64,000 nt of DNA. It comes from Eledone cirrhosa (Eukaryota). The position numbers and the translations under genes are program-made. Where the stretch lies: assembly GCA_964016885.1 (NCBI GenBank), contig OZ024742.1, forward strand, positions 166,594,001 to 166,658,000. Direction: 5' to 3'. Shown piece after piece: positions 54,591-64,000 of the stretch. Below the pieces are notes generated by a model. It did no database searches. It was not told where the DNA came from and saw nothing but the letters and a program-made list of their open reading frames with translations. How positions within the stretch are numbered: position 1 is the stretch's first letter; each line of letters begins with the position of its first letter.

Positions 54591-57500
54591 AGATAATTTC
54601 CAGCACTCCAAGGGGCTATAATTTCCAGTGTCCAAGGGGAGATAATTTCCAGCCAGCGAAGGGGAGATAATTTTTTTAAAAAAATCAGGGGGAGATATGT
54701 AAAAAAAATCAGAGGGAGATAATTTCTAAAAAAAATCAAAGGGAGATAATTTCCAGCCGTCCAAAGAGAGATAATTTCTAGCCGTCCAAGGGGAGATAAT
54801 TTCCAGCCAAGAGGATATAATTTCCAGCCGTCCAAGGGGAGATAATTTTTTAAAAAATCAGGTGGAGATAATTTGTAAAAAAAATCAGGGGGAGATAATT
54901 TGTAAAAACAAAATCAAGGGCAGATAATTTCCAGCTGTCCAAGGGGAGATAATTTCCAGCCGTCCAAGGGGAGATAATTTCCATCCTTCCAAGGGGAGAT
55001 AATCTCCAGCCGTCCAAGGGGAGATAATTTCCCGCCAGCCAAGGGAAGATAATTTTTAAAAAAATCAGGCGGAGATTGTAAAAAAAATCAGGGGGAGATA
55101 ATTTGTAAAAAAATCAGGGGGAGATAATTTGTAAAAAAAAAATCAGGGGAGATAATTTGTAAAAAAAAATCAGGGGGAGATAATTTGTAAAAAAAAAATC
55201 AGGGGGAGATAATTTGTAAAAAAAATCAGGGGTAGATAATTTGTAAAAAAAAATCAGGGGGAGATAATTTGTAAAAAAAAATCAGGGGGAGATAATTTGT
55301 AAAAAAATCAAGGGGAGATAATATGCAGCCGTCCAAGGGGACATAATATGCAGCCGTCCAAGGGGAGATAATTTTCAGCCGTCCAAGGAGAGGTAATTTC
55401 TAGCCGTCCAAGGGGAGATAATTTCCAGCCGTCCAAGGGGAGATAATTTCCAGCCGTCCAATGGGAGATAGTTTTTTAAAAAAAATCAGGCGGAGATAAT
55501 TTGTAAAAAAAAAATCAGGGGGAGATAATTTGTAAAAAAAAATCAGGGGTAGATAATTTGTAAAAAAAATCAGAGGGAGATAATTTGTAAAAAAAATCAG
55601 GGAGAGATAATTAGTAAAAAAAATCAAGGGGAGATAATTTCCAGCCGTCCAAGGGGAGGTAATATCTAGCCGTCCAAGGGGAGATAATTTCCAGCCGTCC
55701 AAGGGGAGATAATTTCCAGCCGTCCAAGGGTAGATAATATCCAGCCGTCCAAGTAGACATATTTTCCAGCCGTCCAAGGAGAGGTAATTTCTAGCCGTCC
55801 AAGGGGAGATAAATTCCAGCCTCCAAGGGGAGATAATTTCCAGCCAGCCAAGGGGAGATAATTTGTAAAAAAATCAGGGGGAGATAATTTGTAAAAAAAA
55901 TCAGGGGGAGATAATTTGTAAAAAAAAATCAGGGGGAGATAATTTGTAAAAAAAATCAGGGGGAGATAATTTGTAAAAAAAAATCAGGGGGAGATAATTT
56001 GTAAAAAAAAATCAGGGGGAGATAATTTGTAAAAAAAAAATCAGGGGGAGATAATTTGTAAAAAAAATCAAGGGGAGATAATTTCCAGCCGTCCAAGGGG
56101 AGATAATTTCCAGCCGTCCAAGGGGAGGTAATATCTAGCCGTCCAAGGGGAGATAATTTCCAGCCGTCCAAGAGGAGATAATTTCCAGCCGTCCAAGGGA
56201 AGATAATTTCAAGCCCTCCAAGGGGCTATAATTTCCAGTGTCCAAGGGGAGATAATTTCCAGCCAGCGAAGGGGAGATAATTTTTTTTTAAAAATCAGGG
56301 GGAGATTTGTAAAAAAAATCAGGGGGAGATAATTTGTAAAAAAAATCAAGGGGAGATAATTTCCAGCCGTCGAAGGGAAGATAATTACCAGCCCTCCAAG
56401 GGGCTATAATTTCCAGCGTCCAAGGGGAGATAATTTCCAGCCAGCGAAGGGGAGATAATTTTTTTAAAAAAATCATTGGGAGATTTGTAAAAAAAATCAG
56501 GGAGAGATAATTTGTAAAAAAAATCAAGGGGAGATAATTTCCAGCCGTCCAAGGGGAGGTAATATCTAGCCGTCCAAGGGGAGATAATTTCCAGCCGTCC
56601 AAGGGGAGATAATTTCCAGCCGTCCAAGGGTAGATAATATCCAGCCGTCCAAGTAGACATTTTCCAGCCGTCCAAGGAGAGGTAATTTCTAGCCGTCCAA
56701 GGGGAGATAAATTCCAGCCTCCAAGGGGAGATAATTTCCAGCCAGCCAAGGGGAGATAATTTGTAAAAAAATCAGGGGGAGATAATTTGTAAAAAAAATC
56801 AGGGGGAGATAATTTGTAAAAAAAATCAGGGGGAGATAATTTGTAAAAAAAAATCAGGGGGAGATAATTTGTAAAAAAAATCAAGGGGAGATAATTTGCA
56901 GCCGTCCAAGGGGAGATAATTTTCAGCCGTCCAAGGAGAGGTAATTTCTAGCCGTCCAAGGTGAGATAATATCCAGCCGTCCAAGGGGAGATAATTTCCA
57001 GCCGTCCAAGGGGAGATAATTTAAAAAAAAAAACAGGCGAAGATAATTTGTAAAAAAAAAATCAGGGGGAGATAATTTGTAAAAAAAAATCAGGGGGAGA
57101 TAATTTGTAAAAAAAAATCAGGGGGAGGTAATTTGTAAAAAAAATCAAGGGGAGATAATTTCCAGCCGTCCAAGGGAAGATAATTTCCAGCCGTCCAAGG
57201 AGAGATAATTTTAAAAAAAAATCAGGCGGAGATAATTTGTAAAAAAAATCAAGGGGAGATAATTTGTAAAAAAAAATCAGGGGGAGATAATTTGTAAAAA
57301 AAATCAAGGGGAGATAATTTCCAGCCGTCCAAGGGGAGATAATTTTCAGCCGTCCAAGGGGAGATAATTTCCAGCCGTCCAAGGGGAGATAATTTAAAAA
57401 AAAAATCAGGCGGAGATAATTTGTAAAAAAAATCAAGGGGAGATAATTTCCAGCTGTCCAAGGGGAGGTAATATCTAGCCGTCCAAGGGGAGATAATTTC

Positions 57501-60500
57501 CAGCCGTCCAAGGGGAGATAATTTCCAGCCGTCCAAGGGTAGATAATATCCAGCCGTCCAAGGAGACATATTTTCCAGCCGTCCAAGGAGAGGTAATTTC
57601 TAGCCGTCCAAGTGGAGATAAATTCCAGCCTCCAAGGGGAGATAATTTCCAGCCAGCCAAGGGGAGATAATTTGTAAAAAAATCAGGGGGAGATAATTTG
57701 TAAAAAAAATCAGGGGGAGATAATTTGTAAAAAAAAATCAGGGGGAGATAATTTGTAAAAAAAATCAGGGGGAGATAATTTGTAAAAAAAATCAAGGGGA
57801 GATAATTTCCAGCCGTCCAAGGGGAGATAATTTTCAGCCGTCCAAGGGGAGATAATTTCCCGCCAGCCAAGGGAAGATAATATTTAAAAAATGAGGCGGA
57901 GATAATTTGTAAAAAAAAATCAGGGGTAGATAATTTGTAAAAAAAATCAGGGGGAGATAATTTGTAAAAAAAATCAAGGGGAGATAATTTCCAGCCGTCC
58001 AAGGAGAGATAATTTTTAAAAAAAATCAGGCGGAGATAATTTGTAAAAAAAAAATCAGGGGGAGATAATTTGTAAAAAAAAATCAGGGGGAGATAATTTG
58101 TAAAAAAAATCAAGGGGAGATAATTTCCAGCCGTCCAAGGGGAGATAATTTTCAGCCGTCCAAGGGGAGATAATTTCCAGCCGTCCAAGGGGAGATAATT
58201 TAAAAAAAAAATCAGGCGGAGATAATTTGTAAAAAAAATCAAGGGGAGATAATTTGCAACCGTCCAAGGGGACATAATTTTCAGTCGTCCAAGGAGAGGT
58301 AATTTCTAGCCGTACAAGGGGAGATAATTTCCAGCCGTCCAAGGGGATATAATTTCCAGCCGTCCAAGGGGAGATAATTTTTTTTTAAAAATCAGGCGGA
58401 GATAATTTGTAAAAAAAAAATCAGGGGGAGATAATTTGTAAAAAAAAATCAGGGGGAGATAATTTGTAAAAAAAAATCAGGGGGAGATAATTTGTAAAAA
58501 AAATCAAGGGGAGATAATTTCCAGCCGTCCAAGGGAAGATAATTTCCAGCCCTCCAAGGGGCTATAATTTCCAGCGTCCAAGGGGAGATAATTTCCAGCC
58601 AGCGAAGGGGAGATAATTGTTTTAAAAAAATCATTGGGAGATTTGTAAAAAAAATCAGGGGGAGATAATTAATAAAAAAAATCAAGGGGAGATAATTTCC
58701 AGCCGTCCAAGGGGAGGTAATATCTAGCCGTCCAAGGGGAGATAATTTCCAGCCGTCCAAGGGGAGATAATTTCCAGCCGTCCAAGGGTAGATAATATCC
58801 AGCCGTCCAAGGAGACATATTTTCCAGCCGTCCAAGGAGAGGTAATTTCTAGCCGTCCAAGGGGAGATAAATTCCAGCCTCCAAGGGGAGATAATTTCCA
58901 GCCAGCCAAGGGGAGATAATTTGTAAAAAAATCAGGGGGAGATAATTTGTAAAAAAAATCAGGGGTAGATAATTTGTAAAAAAAAATCAGGGGGAGATAA
59001 TTTGTAAAAAAAAATCAGGGGGAGATAATTTGTAAAAAAAATCAAGGGGAGATAATTTCCAGCCGTCCAAGGAGAGATAATTTAAAAAAAAAATCAGGCG
59101 GAGATAATTTGTAAAAAAAAATCAGGGGGAGATAATTTGTAAAAAAAAATCAGGGGGAGATAATTTGTAAAAAAAATCAAGGGGAGATAATTTCCAGCCG
59201 TCCAAGGGGAGATAATTTCCAGCCGTCCAAGGGGAGATAATTTTTTTAAAAAAATCAGGCGGAGATAATTTGTAAAAAAAATCAGGGGGAGATAATTTGT
59301 AAAAAAAAATCAGGGGGAGATAATTTGTAAAAAAAAATCAGGGGGAGATAATTTCCAGCCGTCCAAGGTAAGATAATTTCCAGCCCTCCAAGGGGCTATA
59401 ATTTCCAGCCGTCCAAGGGTAGATAATAGCCAGCCGTCCAAGTAGACATATTTTCCAGCCGTTCAAGGAGAGGTAATTTCTAGCCGTCCAAGGGGAGATA
59501 AATTCCAGCCTCCAAGGGGAGATAATTTCCAGCCAGCCAAGGGGAGATAATTTGTAAAAAAATCAGGGGGAGATAATTTGTAAAAAAAATCAGGGGGAGA
59601 TAATTTGTAAAAAAAAATCAGGGGGAGATAATTTGTAAAAAAAAATCAGGGGGAGATAATTTGTAAAAAAAAATCAGGGGGAGATAATTTGTAAAAAAAA
59701 TCAGGGGGAGATAATTTCCAGCCGTCCAAGGGGAGATAATTTTCAGCCGTCCAAGGGGAGATAATTTCCAGCCGTCCAAGGGGAGATAATTTCCATCCTT
59801 CCAAGGGGAGATAATTTCCAGCCGTCCAAGGGGAGATAATTTTCAGCCGTCCAAGGGGAGATAATTTCCCGCCAGCCAAGGGAAGATAATATTTTAAAAA
59901 ATCAGGCGGAGATAATTTGTAAAAAAAATCAGGGGGAGATAATTTGTAAAAAAATCAGGGGGAGATAATTTGTAAAAAAAAAATCAGGGGGAGATAATTT
60001 GTAAAAAAAATCAGGGGGAGATAATTTGTAAAAAAAAATCAGGGGTAGATAATTTGTAAAAAAAAATCAGGGGGAGATAATTTGTAAAAAAAAATCAGGG
60101 GGAGATAATTTGTAAAAAAAATCAGGGGGAGATAATTTGTAAAAAAAAATCAGGGGGAGATAATTTCCGGCCGTCCAAGGGGAGATAATTTTCAGCCGTC
60201 CAAGGGGAGATAATTTCCCGCCAGCCAAGGGAAGATAATATTTAAAAAAATCAGGCGGAGATAATTTGTAAAAAAAATCAGGGGGAGATAATTTGTAAAA
60301 AAATCAGGGGGAGATAATTTGTAAAAAAAATCAAGGGGAGATAATTTCCAGCCGTCCAAGGGGAGGTAATATCTAGCCGTCCAAGGGGAGATAATTTCCA
60401 GCCGTCCAAGTGGAGATAATTTCCAGCCGTCCAAGGGTAGATAATATCCAGCCGTCCAAGGAGACATATTTTCCAGCCGTCCAAGGAGAGGTAATTTCTA

Positions 60501-63500
60501 GCCGTCCAAGGGGAGATAAATTCCAGCCTCCAAGGGGAGATAATTTCCAGCCAGCCAAGGGGAGATAATTTGTAAAAAAAATCAGGGGGAGATAATTTGT
60601 AAAAAAAATCAGGGGGAGATAATTTGTAAAAAAATCAGGGGGAGATAATTTGTAAAAAAAAAATCAGGGGGAGATAATTTGTAAAAAAAATCAGGGGGAG
60701 ATGATTTGTAAAAAAAAATCAGGGGTAGATAATTTGTAAAAAAAAATCAGGGGGTGATAATTTGTAAAAAAAAATCAGGGGGAGATAATTTGTAAAAAAA
60801 ATCAAGGGGAGATAATTTCCAGCCGTCGAAGGGAAGATAATTTCCAGCCCTCCAAGGGGCTATAATTTCCAGCGTCCAAGGGGAGATAATTTCCAGCCGT
60901 CCAAGGGGAGATAATTTCCAGCCGTCCAAGGGTAGATAATATCCAGCCGTCCAAGTAGACATTTTCCAGCCGTCCAAGGAGAGGTAATTTCTAGCCGTCC
61001 AAGGGGAGATAAATTCCAGCCTCCAAGGGGAGATAATTTCCAGCCAGCCAAGGGGAGATAATTTGTAAAAAAATCAGGGGGAGATAATTTGTAAAAAAAA
61101 TCAGGGGGAGATAATTTGTAAAAAAAAATCAGGGGGAGATAATTTGTAAAAACAATCAGGGGGAGATAATTTGTAAAAAAAATCAGGGGGAGATAATTTG
61201 TAAAAAAAATCAAGGGGAGATAATTTCCAGCCGTCCAAGGGGAGATAATTTTCAGCCGTCCAAGGGGAGATAATTTCCAGCCGTCCAAGGGGAGATAATT
61301 TCCATCCTTCCAAGGGGAGATAATTTCCAGCCGTCCAAGGGGAGATAATTTTCAGCCGTCCAAGGGGAGATAATTTCCCGCCAGCCAAGGGAAGATAATA
61401 TTTTAAAAAATCAGGCGGAGATAATTTGTAAAAAAAATCAGGGGGAGATAATTTGTAAAAAAATCAGGGGGAGATAATTTGTAAAAAAAAAATCAGGGGG
61501 AGATAATTTGTAAAAAAAATCAGGGGGAGATAATTTGTAAAAAAAAATCAGGGGTAGATAATTTGTAAAAAAAAATCAGGGGGAGATAATTTGTAAAAAA
61601 AAAATCAGGGGGAGATAATTTGTAAAAAAAATCAAGGGGAGATAATTTCCAGCCGTCCAAGGAGAGATAATTTTTAAAAAAAATCAGGCGGAGATAATTT
61701 GTAAAAAAAAATCAAGGGGAGATAATTTGTAAAAAAAAATCAAGGGGAGATAATTTGTAAAAAAAAATCAAGGGGAGATAATTTGTAAAAAAAATCAAGG
61801 GGAGATAATTTCCAGCCGTCCAAGGGAAGATAATTTCCAGCACTCCAAGGGGCTATAATTTCCAGTGTCCAAGGGGAGATAATTTCCAGCCAGCGAAGGG
61901 GAGATAATTTTTTTAAAAAAATCAGGGGGAGATATGTAAAAAAAATCAGAGGGAGATAATTTCTAAAAAAAATCAAAGGGAGATAATTTCCAGCCGTCCA
62001 AAGAGAGATAATTTCTAGCCGTCCAAGGGGAGATAATTTCCAGCCAAGGGGAGATAATTTCCAGCCGTCCAAGGGGAGATAATTATTTAAAAAATCAGGT
62101 GGAGATAATTTGTAAAAAAAATCAGGGGGAGATAATTTGTAAAAACAAAATCAAGGGCAGATAATTTCCAGCTGTCCAAGGGGAGATAATTTCCAGCCGT
62201 GCAAGGGGAGATAATTTCCAGCCGTCCAAGGGGAGATAATTTCCATCCTTCCAAGGGGAGATAATGTCCAGCCGTCCAAGGGGAGATAATTTCCCGCCAG
62301 CCAAGGGAAGATAATTTTTAAAAAAATCAGGCGGAGATTGTAAAAAAAATCAGGGGGAGATAATTTGTAAAAAAAAAATCAGGGGGAGATAATTTGTAAA
62401 AAAAATCAGGGGTAGATAATTTGTAAAAAAAAATCAGGGGGAGATAATTTGTAAAAAAAAATCAGGGGGAGATAATTTCTAAAAAAATCAAGGGGAGATA
62501 ATATGCAGCCGTCCAAGGGGAGATAATTTTCAGCCGTCCAAGGAGAGGTAATTTCTAGCCGTCCAAGGGGAGATAATTTCCAGCCGTCCAAGCGGAGATA
62601 ATTTCCAGCCGTCCAAGGGGAGATAGTTTTTTTAAAAAAATCAGGCGGAGATAATTTGTAAAAAAAAAATCAGGGGGAGATAATTTGTAAAAAAAAATCA
62701 GGGGGAGATAATTTGTAAAAAAAAATCAGGGGGAGATAATTTGTAAAAAAAATCAGGGGGAGATAATTAGTAAAAAAAATCAAGGGGAGATAATTTCCAG
62801 CCGTCCAAGGGGAGGTAATATCTAGCCGTCCAAGGGGAGATAATTTCCAGCCGTCCAAGGGGAGATAATTTCCAGCCGTCCAAGGGTAGATAATATCCAG
62901 CCGTCCAAGTAGACATATTTTCCAGCCGTCCAAGGAGAGGTAATTTCTAGCCGTCCAAGGGGAGATAAATTCCAGCCTCCAAGGGGAGATAATTTCCAGC
63001 CAGCCAAGGGGAGATAATTTGTAAAAAAATCAGGGGGAGATAATTTGTAAAAAAAATCAGGGGGAGATAATTTGTAAAAAAAAATCAGGGGGAGATAATT
63101 TGTAAAAAAAAATCAGGGGGAGATAATTTGTAAAAAAAATCAAGGGGAGATAATTTGTAAAAAAAAATCAGGGGGAGATAATTTGTAAAAAAAAATCAGG
63201 GGGAGATAATTTGTAAAAAAAAATCAGGGGGAGATAATTTGTAAAAAAAATCAAGGGGAGATAATTTCCAGCCGTCCAAGGAGAGATAATTTTAAAAAAA
63301 AATCAGGCGGAGATAATTTGTAAAAAAAATCAGGGGGAGATAATTTGTAAAAAAAAATCAGGGGGAGATAATTTGTAAAAAAAAATCAGGGGGAGATAAT
63401 TTCCAGCCGTCCAAGGTAAGATAATTTCCAGCCCTCCAAGGGGCTATAATTTCCAGCCGTCCAAGGGTAGATAATATCCAGCCGTCCAAGTAGACATATT

Positions 63501-64000
63501 TTCCAGCCGTTCAAGGAGAGGTAATTTCTAGCCGTCCAAGGGGAGATAAATTCCAGCCTCCAAGGGGAGATAATTTCCAGCCAGCCAAGGGGAGATAATT
63601 TGTAAAAAAATCAGGGGGAGATAATTTGTAAAAAAAATCAGGGGGAGATAATTTGTAAAAAAAAATCAGGGGGAGATAATTTTTAAAAAAAAATCAGGGG
63701 GAGATAATTTGTAAAAAAAAATCAGGGGGAGATAATTTGTAAAAAAAATCAAGGGGAGATAATTTCCAGCCGTCCAAGGGGAGATAATTTTCAGCCGTCC
63801 AAGGGGAGATAATTTCCAGCCGTCCAAGGGGAGATAATTTCCATCCTTCCAAGGGGAGATAATTTCCAGCCGTCCAAGGGGAGATAATTTTCAGCCGTCC
63901 AAGGGGAGATAATTTCCCGCCAGCCAAGGGAAGATAATATTTTAAAAAATCAGGCGGAGATAATTTGTAAAAAAAATCAGGGGGAGATAATTTGTAAAAA

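Larger units (their letters stand above)
1..64000 (+). repeat. Composite tandem satellite array of two interspersed monomers: 25-bp type A (GGGGAGATAATTTCCAGCCGTCCAA) and 26-29-bp type B (GGGGAGATAATTTGT-A7..10-TCAG)
   Basis: The core GGGGAGATAATTT or a close variant recurs every ~21-29 bp from the first to the last line, always in the same orientation. No non-repeat sequence was seen, and the array runs off both window ends. Confidence 0.98.

Noticed and set aside
295-63927. Roughly 200 minus-strand ORFs (60-266 aa), including 57475-58275 and the repeated 198-aa ORF
   Set aside because: They are translations of the repeat. The reverse complement of A has no stop codon and B has a single TGA. 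The 25-bp period and variable A-tracts shift frame constantly, the same peptides appear in all three frames, and most starts are TTG. There is no frame conservation and no recognisable domain.
1-64000. CRISPR-like repeat-spacer array
   Set aside because: The constant part is only 13-16 bp, and the intervening 9-13 bp segments are of two recurring types rather than unique spacers. No cas genes or leader are present.
1-64000. Telomerase-synthesised telomeric repeat
   Set aside because: The array is G-skewed, but two alternative inserts, kb-scale higher-order duplications and inherited point variants indicate recombinational amplification rather than copying from one RNA template. A subtelomeric location cannot be excluded.
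1-64000. Canonical G-quadruplex array
   Set aside because: The G4-5 runs are separated by about 21-24 nt, much longer than canonical 1-7 nt loops, so stable intramolecular G4 is not supported from sequence alone.
1-64000. Shine-Dalgarno-like GGAG/GGAGG and -10-like TATAAT/GATAAT motifs
   Set aside because: These are chance matches within the repeat core. No + strand ORFs follow, because TAA stops occur in almost every monomer.
1-64000. Pure sequencing or assembly artefact (low-complexity noise)
   Set aside because: Rare variants and homopolymer lengths are reproduced in a consistent hierarchical pattern, as expected of a real evolved array. Individual large duplications still need read validation.
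1-64000. Embedded transposon, tRNA/rRNA gene, or antigenic-variation/DGR cassette system
   Set aside because: No unique sequence, terminal inverted repeats, orientation switch, structured RNA or enzyme gene was seen on reading through the window.

Overview
The whole 64 kb window is one uninterrupted, single-orientation tandem repeat array (satellite/minisatellite-type DNA, roughly 2,400-2,500 monomers estimated from length). I see no genes, RNA genes, transposon remnants or unique sequence. Two monomer types share a 16-bp constant part, CA(A/G)GGGGAGATAATTT. Type A is 25 bp (GGGGAGATAATTT-CCAGCCGTC-CAA). Type B is 26-29 bp (GGGGAGATAATTT-GT-A7..10-T-CAG). A and B occur in alternating runs, mostly 1-10 monomers long. 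Fixed ordered series of variant monomers form reusable 100-225 bp modules. In the homogeneous centre (~8-43 kb) these modules build ~6.4-8.5 kb higher-order repeats, which pair into a ~15.5-16.2 kb dimer. The flanks are more mosaic, and local 0.5-4 kb duplications occur. All ORFs in the track are artefacts of the stop-poor minus strand. The points of interest are structural: a binary A/B code with junction rules, heritable A-tract length patterns, a sliding T/A boundary at constant length, CpG-decay variants and a GATA motif in nearly every monomer. A eukaryotic heterochromatic origin is an inference. I cannot name the organism or the repeat family, and I found no protein-coding system.
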